Of a DNA stretch of 32,000 bases, positions 18,371 through 25,919 are shown piece after piece. The DNA is from Mycolicibacter longobardus (lineage in GTDB: Bacteria; Actinomycetota; Actinomycetes; Mycobacteriales; Mycobacteriaceae). The position numbers and the translations under genes are program-made. How positions within the stretch are numbered: position 1 is the first letter of the stretch; each line of letters opens with the position of its first letter. Under the pieces are notes generated by a model, which worked only from the letters and a program-made list of their open reading frames with translations, had not been told where the DNA came from and made no database searches. The DNA lies in contig NZ_LQPG01000038.1 in the NCBI RefSeq assembly GCF_002102265.1, forward strand, positions 1 to 32,000, given 5' to 3'.

Positions 18371-18762
18371 CAGTCTGGCTACTGGACAAGAGCGCACACG
18401 TGCGACTGTTGGCCGGGAAGTCACCGCCGCCGGATATCGACTTGGCCGACCTCGTGATCTGCGAGATTGGCGAACTGGAGTGGTTGTATTCGGCGCGATC
18501 GGCCTCCGATTACGACAGCCAACGCGCATCTTTGCGTAGCGCGTTTCGGGTTTTGGCTGCGCCAACCGATATTTTCCAGCGGGTCCATCTTCTACAGCAC
18601 GATCTGGCCCACCACCGCGGGATGTGGCATCGGACACCGCTGCCGGATCTGTTCATTGCTGAAACCGCCATCTACCACGGTGCCGGCGTATTGCACCGAG
18701 ATCGCGACTATGCCCGAATTGCCCAGGTGCGGCCTGGATTTCAGGCCCGCGAGCTCGACTGA
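18367..18762 (+). CDS. vapC: PIN-domain toxin, VapC family
   Basis: 131 aa with all expected acidic positions visible: LLDKSA (Asp), CEIGELEWLYSARS (Glu), PDLFIAETA (Asp), VLHRDRDYARI (Asp). Confidence 0.9.
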   Translation: MTVWLLDKSAHVRLLAGKSPPPDIDLADLVICEIGELEWLYSARSASDYDSQRASLRSAFRVLAAPTDIFQRVHLLQHDLAHHRGMWHRTPLPDLFIAETAIYHGAGVLHRDRDYARIAQVRPGFQARELD

Positions 18763-18764
18763 GA

Positions 18765-19175
18765 TCAGCGCACTCGAAAGATCAGCGTCCGTTGCACGAC
18801 GAAGTTGATGACGGTCGCGGTGCCCTGCGCGATGACGAACGCCACCGGCAGCGCCCAATGCTGATAGTCCAGCAGCCGCAGAACCAGATGGTTGATCCCC
18901 ACCTGGACCGCGAACGTCAAGGCGTACAACGCCATTACCGCCGCGAATCGACCGGTACTGGCCGAGGATTGGAAGGTCCAGCGCCGGTTGATCAGGTACG
19001 CGGTAGTGGTGCCGGCGATGAAGCTGCACGCCTTGGCCAGGTCGACTTTGATGCCGGCGCCCAGGTACAGCAGCAGGTACAGCCCGAAGTCCACCACCGC
19101 CGACAGCGCCCCGGTGATCAGGAATCGCCACACTTGGGTGGACAGGTGCAGATGACTGGGTTTCGTCTCGGCCAC
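18765..19175 (-). CDS. GtrA-family small membrane protein (Rv3789-like)
   Basis: 136 aa with four hydrophobic segments. Typical GtrA motifs are present: [19 protein letters not shown]...INRRWTF...[22 protein letters not shown] start at 19175; an alternative GTG at 19133 (VWRFLITG) would give 122 aa. Neither start has a clear SD. Confidence 0.85.
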   Translation of the reverse strand: MAETKPSHLHLSTQVWRFLITGALSAVVDFGLYLLLYLGAGIKVDLAKACSFIAGTTTAYLINRRWTFQSSASTGRFAAVMALYALTFAVQVGINHLVLRLLDYQHWALPVAFVIAQGTATVINFVVQRTLIFRVR

Positions 19176-19234
19176 CTGAAAAGTTTAAGCAGCGTCCTAC
19201 GCTCCGCGGCTCATGCCGGGCCGAGCGAAAACGC

Positions 19235-20065
19235 CTACACCCAGTACGCCACCCGCGCCCGGTACTGGCGCATCACCGCCGCGGCCACCGCCCAGCCGAC
19301 CGCGGTCAGCACCAGCACCACCGCCCAGTGCCGCAGCGGCTGGTGTGCCCCGAGCAGCGGCGCCCGCACTATCTCCAGGTAGTGCATCAGTGGGTTGAAC
19401 TCCACCACCGTCGTCCAGCGCGACGCCCCCTGTGCCCGCAGCGTGTCGTAGTTCCAGATGATCGGCGTCATCAGGAACAGCAGCTGCACCACCGAGAACA
19501 GCAGCGGCGCTATGTCGCGGTAGCGGGTGGCCAGAATCCCGAAGCACAGCGACACCCACACGCAGTTCAGCGCGATCAGCAACAACGCCGGTATCACCGA
19601 AAGATCGGCCCAGGACCAGGGTTTGGGGAAGATCAACGCGATCGGCAGGTAAATGACGATGTTGTGGGCGAACAGGATCATCTGCCGCCACACCAACCGG
19701 TAGACGTGCACGCTCAACGGTGTCGGCAGCTGTTTGATCAGCCCTTCGTTGGCGACGAACACATCCGCGCCCTCCAGGATGGCCGCGTTCAAAAGGTTCC
19801 AGACGATCAGTCCCAGCGTCACGTACGGCAGGTGCACCGCCAGGTCCAGGTGGAACAGCTTGGAGTACAGCCCGCCCATCGCCACCGCCGTGGTGGCGGT
19901 GCCGATGGTGATCCAGAACGGGCCCAGCACGCTGCGCCGGTAGCGCTGCTTGATGTCCTGCCACCCCAGGTGCAGCCACAGCTCATGGCGGCGGAACCCG
20001 TCTACCAGGTCGGCCCGCGCCCGCGCAAACGTCTTGGACTGGGCGGCGACATCGGTGAAACTCAT
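19235..20065 (-). CDS. rfbD: ABC-2 type polysaccharide/O-antigen exporter permease (Wzm/RfbD, Rv3783-like)
   Basis: Multi-TM protein with the ABC-2 N-terminal signature ...ELWLHLGWQDIKQRYRRSVLGPFWITI. The start is set at ATG 20065 (MSFTDVAA...), which overlaps the glfT1 stop as ATGA. The longer track ORF (to 20185) would overlap glfT1. Confidence 0.85.
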   Translation of the reverse strand: MSFTDVAAQSKTFARARADLVDGFRRHELWLHLGWQDIKQRYRRSVLGPFWITIGTATTAVAMGGLYSKLFHLDLAVHLPYVTLGLIVWNLLNAAILEGADVFVANEGLIKQLPTPLSVHVYRLVWRQMILFAHNIVIYLPIALIFPKPWSWADLSVIPALLLIALNCVWVSLCFGILATRYRDIAPLLFSVVQLLFLMTPIIWNYDTLRAQGASRWTTVVEFNPLMHYLEIVRAPLLGAHQPLRHWAVVLVLTAVGWAVAAAVMRQYRARVAYWV

Positions 20066-20976
20066 TGCTGCTCCCCGGGTTTGGTGAACTGCTCCCGACG
20101 CCCCAGCCGGCGCAGCCGGGCCCATTCGATCAGGCCGGCCGGATCGCGGCGCGTCACCAGAAAGAACCAGCCGAACCGCAGCCACTCCTGGATCAGCAGC
20201 CGGCGCATCCCGGGCTGGGACATCAGGTAGCCGCGATTGCGGTAGGTATAGAAACGTTTGGTGGCGCTGTCCGGGTATTGCGCGTGCATCTGGCCGGCCA
20301 GGATCGGCTTGAACTCATCCGATCCGCACGGGTGCAGGTAGGCCGCCTTCAGACAGGTGCCGAACGCCAGACCGGACCGCGCCAGCCGGCGGTGCACCTC
20401 CACCTCGTCGCCCCGCATGAACAACCGAAGGTCCGGCACCCCCACCGCGTCCAGGGCGTCGGCGGTGAACAGTGCCCCGTTGAACAGCGAGGCGATCCCC
20501 GGCAGCAGGTCGTCATCGCCACTGCGCAATTCGCTGACCTCGCGCCGCCACACCAGCCCGCGTCGCAGCGGGAACGCCAGTCGGGACGGGTCGTCGATGT
20601 TGCAGACCATCGGCGACACCTCATCCAGCCCGTGTTTGGCGGCGCAGGCCAGCAGCGCAGACAGCACACCCGGGTCCGCCGGGCGCCCGTCGTCGTCGGC
20701 CAGCCACACCCAGTCCGCGCCCGCCGCCAGGGCGTGCAGCATTCCCAGCGCGAAACCCCCTGCGCCACCCAGGTTTCGCTGCGATCCCAGGTAGGTGCAC
20801 GGCACCGGTTGCCCGGCCACCAACTCGGCCACCGCGGCATCGTTGTCGTTGTCGACGACGATCACGTGGTCGGGCGCACGGGTCTGGGTCACCAGTGCCT
20901 TCAGCGACTCGGCCAGTTGCTGCGGCCGTCGGTGGGTGACCACAACTGCATAGACGGCGTAGACGGTTTCGGTCAC
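20062..20976 (-). CDS. glfT1: GT2 galactofuranosyltransferase GlfT1 (Rv3782-like)
   Basis: 304 aa when started at GTG 20976 (VTETVYAVYAVVVTHRRPQQL...), which overlaps the rfbE stop as GTGA. GT-A/GT2 features are visible: VVVTHRR, VVDNDND, WLADDDG. It is positioned between rfbE and rfbD, as in M. tuberculosis. Confidence 0.85.
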   Translation of the reverse strand: MTETVYAVYAVVVTHRRPQQLAESLKALVTQTRAPDHVIVVDNDNDAAVAELVAGQPVPCTYLGSQRNLGGAGGFALGMLHALAAGADWVWLADDDGRPADPGVLSALLACAAKHGLDEVSPMVCNIDDPSRLAFPLRRGLVWRREVSELRSGDDDLLPGIASLFNGALFTADALDAVGVPDLRLFMRGDEVEVHRRLARSGLAFGTCLKAAYLHPCGSDEFKPILAGQMHAQYPDSATKRFYTYRNRGYLMSQPGMRRLLIQEWLRFGWFFLVTRRDPAGLIEWARLRRLGRREQFTKPGEQQ

Positions 20977-21782
20977 ACCTGATCCCCGGCCTGCGTCTCG
21001 GCCAGCACCTCGCGCACGTGCCGGGCGGCGTCCGGGCCCTCGTAGGCGCCGACCACCTCCTCGATACCACCGGTCATCTTGACGGTGCCGTGGTCGATCC
21101 ACATCGCGGTCTTGCACAGCCGGGCCAGGAATTCGTTGGAGTGACTGGCGAACACCAGGATCCCGGACCGCTCCACCAGCTTCTGCAGCCGAGTCTGGGC
21201 CTTCTTCAGGAACTCGGCGTCCACCGCGCCGATTCCCTCGTCCAGCAACAGGATCTCCGGGTCGATGCTGGTGACCACTCCCATCGCCAACCGCACCCGC
21301 ATCCCGGTGGAGTAGGTGCGCAACGGCATCGCCAGATAGTCGCCCAGCTCGGTGAATTCGGCGATCTCGTCGACCTTGGCGGCCATCTGCTTACGCGTCT
21401 GTCCGAGGAACAGCCCCCGGATGATGATGTTCTCGTAGCCGGAGATCTCCGGGTCCATGCCCACCCCGAGGTCGAACACCGGCGCCACCCGCCCGACCAC
21501 CGATGCCGATCCGCGCGTCGGCTCGTAGATACCCGAAAGCAGCCGCAGTAGTGTGGATTTGCCGGCGCCGTTGTGCCCGACCAAACCCACCCGGTCGCCC
21601 AGCGACAGTGACATGGTGATGTTGCGCAGCGCCTCGACCACCACCACGTTGGAGCTGTTGCGTCCGATCGCCCCGCCGGCCTTGCCGAGGAACGCTTTCT
21701 TCAGTGAACGTGACTTGGCGTCGAAGATGGGGAACTCGACCCACGCGTCATGGGTCTCGATATGCGGCTCGGTGCTGGACAC
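20973..21782 (-). CDS. rfbE: ABC exporter ATP-binding protein (Wzt/RfbE, Rv3781-like)
   Basis: 269 aa with Walker A GHNGAGKST, signature-like YSTGM, Walker B ILLLDEG and H-loop ASHS. GTG start. Confidence 0.9.
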   Translation of the reverse strand: MSSTEPHIETHDAWVEFPIFDAKSRSLKKAFLGKAGGAIGRNSSNVVVVEALRNITMSLSLGDRVGLVGHNGAGKSTLLRLLSGIYEPTRGSASVVGRVAPVFDLGVGMDPEISGYENIIIRGLFLGQTRKQMAAKVDEIAEFTELGDYLAMPLRTYSTGMRVRLAMGVVTSIDPEILLLDEGIGAVDAEFLKKAQTRLQKLVERSGILVFASHSNEFLARLCKTAMWIDHGTVKMTGGIEEVVGAYEGPDAARHVREVLAETQAGDQV

Positions 21783-21800
21783 GGCAATACCGTTGTGGGC

Positions 21801-22334
21801 CTAGAGATATTGGCCGGAGCCGTGGCCGTGGGCGTGCCCGCCGGGGGCGGCACCTGGCGGCAGCGCGCCGTGGCGCATCTGCTCGAGCTGCGCCCGGGCC
21901 GCCATCTGCTGGGCGAACAACGCCGTCTGGATTCCGTGGAACAGGCCCTCCAGCCAACCGACCAGCTGGGCCTGGGCGACCCGCAGCTCGGCGTCCGACG
22001 GCGTGGCGTCCTCGCGCAGCGGCAGCGTCAGCCGGTCCAGCTCCTCGCGCAGCTCCGGGGCCAGCCCGTCTTCGAGCTCACGGATGCTGGCGGAGTGGAT
22101 CTCGCGCAGCCGCACGCGGCTGGCGTCATCGAGCGGAGCGGCCCGCACCTCCTCGAGCAGCTGCTTGATCATCGTGCCGATCCGCATCACCTTGGCGGGC
22201 TGTTCGATCAGGTCGGTCACCGACTTCTCGTCGTCGGTCTCGGCCTGCTCACCGGCGGTCAGCATCCGCGGGTCGGAGCCGCTGATGATCTCGACACCGT
22301 CTGCCTCGGCTGCATTGTTGTTGCCGGTGGTCAA
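21801..22334 (-). CDS. bpa: Bacterial proteasome activator Bpa/PafE (Rv3780-like)
   Basis: The C-terminus ends ...HGHGSGQYL, carrying the GQYL motif that defines Bpa. The conserved core is EQPAKVMRIGTMIKQLLEEVRAAPLD...LAPELREELDRLTLP...AQAQLVGWLEGLFHGIQTALFAQQMAA. The start is taken as TTG 22334, overlapping the upstream stop (TTGA); the alternative ATG at 22355 adds 7 aa. The 419-aa track ORF (to 23060) is an artefactual extension into the upstream gene. Confidence 0.88.
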   Translation of the reverse strand: MTTGNNNAAEADGVEIISGSDPRMLTAGEQAETDDEKSVTDLIEQPAKVMRIGTMIKQLLEEVRAAPLDDASRVRLREIHSASIRELEDGLAPELREELDRLTLPLREDATPSDAELRVAQAQLVGWLEGLFHGIQTALFAQQMAARAQLEQMRHGALPPGAAPGGHAHGHGSGQYL

Positions 22335-24283
22335 CGCCCTCCGCCTCCCTGCCATTCGTAGATGCTGGCCCCGCCATTGTCGTAGATCTTGGCCCATGAC
22401 CGCGATTTCCCCAGTGACACTAGTCCGTCGGGCAGCGAGAACCCGCGCACCGTTGGGCTGCTGATCAGCACGTAGCGGATATTGAGGCCCTGGACTGCCT
22501 GCGCCACGCGCGGATCGGTGTCGGCGTCGTCGGCGTAGGCCCAGAAGGTGAACCGCTGCGGACCCGGGCCCTGCTGCTGCGGATAGTCGTAGTGCGTCCA
22601 CAGCGGGTGCAGGCCCGCGACGGCGTACATCCAGGCGCTGCCGTCGACGTTGGCGTTGCCGATCACGGTGTCGTGGGCCCCGGGCAGGGCCGCCAGGTGG
22701 GCGAACGCCTCCAGGTCGCGGGAGTCGACTATCACCGAGTCGTACTTGTCGCCGAACAGGAACGCGTGCCGCGGCAGGTAGTGCCAGGCCAGCCCGACCA
22801 GCACAGTCGCCGCCAGCAGCGCGGTCAGCGCCGGCCGGGCACGCGCACCCACCGGCTTGGACACCAGCCCCGCCAGCGCTGCCAGTCCCACGCCGGCCAT
22901 CGGAATCAGCAGCAGCGTCATCGCCGCCATGATCCGGCGCGGATCGCTGTAGAACAGGTCCGTGAAGGCACCCACCACGGCGCCCGCCGGACCTCCCAGC
23001 GGAGCCGAGGACTGCACCACCCCCACCACCAGCACCGCCCACAGCGCCAGCGGCCACCACACCTTCTTGTAGAGCAGCAGCGCCGCCCCGACCGCGGTCA
23101 GCCCGACCAGCGCGTACTGGATCGGAAAGTCATTGAGGTGGCGGGTGTGCAGCAGCAGCGCGTCACGCAGACCCGACTTGCGGCCCTCGTGGGTCAGAAA
23201 CGCATGCCCGGCGATGATCTCGGCCTGCTTGCGCACGCTGAGCAGCTGCGGCATCAGCAGCAGCCCGGTCGGGGCCAGCACCCCGAACAGCGCCAACGCG
23301 TCACGCCGCTTCCCGCGCAGCGGGTTCCACAGCGCGCCGTCCCTGGGGCACAGCCACCAGGCCGTCACCAGCAACACCGTCACCACACCGCCGGTCAGGT
23401 GCACCGAGAAGACCCCCAACAGCGCCAGCACCGCCACCGGGATCCGGTCCCGCACGGTACGGACGGCGGTGATCAGCGCGAAGGCCGGCACCACCAGCCC
23501 GTAGGCCACCAGGTTGGGCATGGCCGCGGTGCCGAACTCGACGTAGGGCAGCGCGGTGAACGACGCCGACAGCGCGGCGGCGGTGCCCGCGCAGACCGCA
23601 GTCACGGTGCTCGTGGTGACCCGCTGCAGCAGGTTCCAGGTGAGCAGCGCGGCGCTGACCGGGAACAGCCAGACCGAGGCGGCCAGGCCGGCCAGGGTGT
23701 AGGCGGTGGTGGGGGCGGCGCCGGTCAGCTGGCACAGCACCGCGGTCAGGGCGTGAAACGCCGTCGGGTAGTAGAGCTGGGCGTGGGTTTCGACGTTGCG
23801 CAGTTCGCCCATGTGGGTCGGTGACGCCTGGCCGGTGTCCAGGATGAAACGGACGGTGTTGGCGTGCCACACCGCGTCCCAGGTGCTGGGAATACTCTGC
23901 CAATTCGGGATGCCCCGCACCGCCGCCCAGCCGATCAGCAGTACACCGAGCAATGCTCCGGCGGCCACTATGAGTGTCGGCCCGACGGCGGATGACGGTG
24001 CCGCCACATGGATGCCCGGGCGCCGGTCCAGCAACGCCCGCAGCCCCTTGGACAGGCCTCCCGCCAGCGCGCCGACCGCCACCAGCGCAACCAGTGCAGT
24101 GGCCGCGTTCCACGGGATTCCGGCTGCGCCGAATGGGACGACGGCCAGGCCGACCACGCCGTAGGTCAGCGCCGGGCCAACTGTCACCGCCAGTGGCCAG
24201 GTCAGCCCCGCGCCGGCCGCGACGAGGGTGCCCGGCAGGACCATCAGCAGAAGCGCTGTGACCATTCCGAACCCCAGAAGCAC
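22331..24283 (-). CDS. Large polytopic membrane protein, GT-C-type glycosyltransferase (Rv3779-like)
   Basis: 650 aa with many hydrophobic helices in the N-terminal ~450 aa, followed by a soluble C-terminal domain. It sits immediately upstream of bpa-rfbE-glfT1-rfbD, as Rv3779 does in M. tuberculosis. GTG start at 24283. The function is inferred from synteny and topology only. Confidence 0.75.
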   Translation of the reverse strand: MLLGFGMVTALLLMVLPGTLVAAGAGLTWPLAVTVGPALTYGVVGLAVVPFGAAGIPWNAATALVALVAVGALAGGLSKGLRALLDRRPGIHVAAPSSAVGPTLIVAAGALLGVLLIGWAAVRGIPNWQSIPSTWDAVWHANTVRFILDTGQASPTHMGELRNVETHAQLYYPTAFHALTAVLCQLTGAAPTTAYTLAGLAASVWLFPVSAALLTWNLLQRVTTSTVTAVCAGTAAALSASFTALPYVEFGTAAMPNLVAYGLVVPAFALITAVRTVRDRIPVAVLALLGVFSVHLTGGVVTVLLVTAWWLCPRDGALWNPLRGKRRDALALFGVLAPTGLLLMPQLLSVRKQAEIIAGHAFLTHEGRKSGLRDALLLHTRHLNDFPIQYALVGLTAVGAALLLYKKVWWPLALWAVLVVGVVQSSAPLGGPAGAVVGAFTDLFYSDPRRIMAAMTLLLIPMAGVGLAALAGLVSKPVGARARPALTALLAATVLVGLAWHYLPRHAFLFGDKYDSVIVDSRDLEAFAHLAALPGAHDTVIGNANVDGSAWMYAVAGLHPLWTHYDYPQQQGPGPQRFTFWAYADDADTDPRVAQAVQGLNIRYVLISSPTVRGFSLPDGLVSLGKSRSWAKIYDNGGASIYEWQGGGGR

Positions 24284-24392
24284 TGCACTAGTATGTCTGC
24301 CAAGGTGACGCGGCTCAGCGCTGTGGGGGAGCTATCCGGTTATCCGAGACGTTCACCGATCGCCGATCTTGAGAACTTTTGAGGTGGCTGCC

Positions 24393-25589
24393 ATGGCCTA
24401 CGACGTCGCCCGAGTGCGCGGGTTGCACCCGACGCTCGGTGACGGATGGGTGCATTTCGACGCACCGACGGGCATGTTGATACCGGACTCGGTGGCCACC
24501 ACGGTCTCGACCGCGTTCCGCGGATCGCTGGCCACCGCGGCGGGCCCGCACCCGGCGGCGCGGCGCAGTGCCGCGGTGCTGGTCGCAGCCCGCCAGGCGG
24601 TGGCCGACCTGCTGGGCGCCGATCCGTCCGGGGTGGTGCTGGGCCCCGACCGTGCGGTGCTGCTGAGCGCACTGGCCGACGCCGCCTCGTCGCGGGTGAG
24701 CCTGGGCTACGAGACGGTGGTTACCCGGCTCGACGACGAGGCCAACATCGCCCCCTGGGTGCGGGCCGCCAACCGCTACGGCGCCAAGCTCAAATGGGCC
24801 GAGGTGGATATCGAGACCGGTGAGCTGCCGAGCTGGCAGTGGGCGAACCTGATCACCCCGTCGACCCGGCTGGTGGCGCTGTCCTCCGGGTCCGGTGTCC
24901 TGGGTACCGTCACCGACATTCGGCCGGTCACCAAACTGATCCACGATGTGGGTGGGGTGGCCGTGGTCGACCATTCCGCGACTGCGCCCTACCAGCTGCT
25001 CGACATCAACGACGTCGAGGCCGACGTGGTGGCCGTCAACGCGGCCGGTTGGGGTGGGCCGCCGGTGGGCGCGCTGGTGTTCCGCGACCCGGCGCTGATC
25101 GACACCTTCGGATCGGTGTCGCTGAACCCGCATGCCGTCGGGCCGGCGCGCCTGGAGGTCGGCCTGCACCAGTTCGGCCTGCTGGCCGGGTTGGTGGCCA
25201 GCGTCGAATACCTGGCCTCGCTCGACGAGTCCGCTCGGGGTAGTCGGCCCGAGCGGCTCGCCATCTCCATGCAGTCGGCCGGGGCGTATCTGAGCCGGCT
25301 GTTCGAGTATCTGCTGAGCTCGCTGCGGTCGCTGCCGCTGGTGATGCTGATCGGCCAGCCCGACGTGCGTATCCCGGTGGTCAGCTTCGCGGTACAGAAG
25401 GTGCCAGCCGAGCGGGTGGTGCAGCGGCTGGCCGACAACGGCGTGTTGGCGATCGCCAACGTCGGGTCCCGGGTGCTCGACGTGATCGGGGTCAACGACA
25501 TCGGGGGAGCGGTGACCATCGGGTTGAGCCACTACTCCACGATGGCCGAGGTCGACCAGTTGGTCCGGGCGCTGGCATCGCTGGGCTGA
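24393..25589 (+). CDS. Class-V aminotransferase / cysteine-desulfurase-fold protein (Rv3778c-like), apparently lacking the PLP-binding lysine
   Basis: 398 aa when started at ATG 24393, which is preceded by GAGGTGG (24381-24387). The TTG at 24369 in the track has no SD. The fold-type-I class-V pattern is visible: DDEANIAPW...[20 protein letters not shown]...[40 protein letters not shown]. It is transcribed divergently from the Rv3779-like gene. Confidence 0.8.
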   Translation: MAYDVARVRGLHPTLGDGWVHFDAPTGMLIPDSVATTVSTAFRGSLATAAGPHPAARRSAAVLVAARQAVADLLGADPSGVVLGPDRAVLLSALADAASSRVSLGYETVVTRLDDEANIAPWVRAANRYGAKLKWAEVDIETGELPSWQWANLITPSTRLVALSSGSGVLGTVTDIRPVTKLIHDVGGVAVVDHSATAPYQLLDINDVEADVVAVNAAGWGGPPVGALVFRDPALIDTFGSVSLNPHAVGPARLEVGLHQFGLLAGLVASVEYLASLDESARGSRPERLAISMQSAGAYLSRLFEYLLSSLRSLPLVMLIGQPDVRIPVVSFAVQKVPAERVVQRLADNGVLAIANVGSRVLDVIGVNDIGGAVTIGLSHYSTMAEVDQLVRALASLG

Positions 25590-25772
25590 CGCTTTTCGGT
25601 CCCCTGGAATCTCTCCGCAATCTCATCCGCTTCACCCGTAACCGAGGGCTCGGGGTGTGGTGTTTGCCCGGCTACGCGCGACAACCGCCGTTATGTCAGG
25701 TCAATCAGCTCCCGGTAGCGGCATAGTCGCTCGTAGGCGGGCACATCACTGCATGGTCCTGGATCCGCCGCC

Positions 25773-25874
25773 GGCGTCGATCCGCTTCGTCCGGCTCCGC
25801 GGGCCTTGCGATCGCCGCTGACCCGATGGCGTCGATCCGCTTCGTCCGGCTCCGCCGGCCTTGCGATCGCCGCT
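25773..25874. repeat. MIRU/VNTR-like intergenic tandem repeat: 47-nt core repeated twice with a 55-bp period
   Basis: GGCGTCGATCCGCTTCGTCCGGCTCCGC(G/C)GGCCTTGCGATCGCCGCT occurs at 25773-25819 and 25828-25874, with one mismatch. It lies 46 nt upstream of the FAAL start codon. Confidence 0.85.
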
Positions 25875-25919
25875 ACGCTGTGGGCGATCACCGACCCACC
25901 CCTAAGGCAGAACCAGAAG

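Noticed and set aside
17263-18762. Looked for integrase, transposase, tRNA genes or long direct repeats that would define the vapBC/PGRS region as a classical genomic island or mobile element.
   Set aside because: No such genes or flanking repeats are visible in the window, and I recognised no tRNA- or rRNA-like sequence anywhere in the 32 kb. Accessory status therefore rests only on gene content and the remembered synteny.
22335-23060. N-terminal extension of the bpa frame, which gives the 419-aa track ORF 21801-23060(-).
   Set aside because: The extension is Gly/Arg/Ala-rich junk that completely overlaps the 3' part of the Rv3779-like membrane protein gene in another frame. The recognisable Bpa sequence starts only at the TTG 22334 / ATG 22355 region.
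24315-25532. 405-aa minus-strand ORF antisense to the aminotransferase-fold gene. Similar overlapping ORFs occur in the core cluster (19197-19979(-), 19328-20230(+), 20065-20982(+), 21018-21551(+), 22592-23824(+), 23301-24113(-)) and opposite the FAAL and repeat genes (26658-27698(-), 28251-29312(-)).
   Set aside because: These have Arg/His/Pro/Gly-rich low-complexity translations with no recognisable motifs. They are entirely nested opposite or out of frame with genes that carry clear family signatures.
25806-25919. Earlier start (25806) for the FAAL ORF, giving 672 aa.
   Set aside because: The extra 38 codons read straight through the 55-bp tandem repeat (SASSGSAGLAIAA...) and have no FAAL homology. 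The conserved FAAL N-terminus begins right after ATG 25920.
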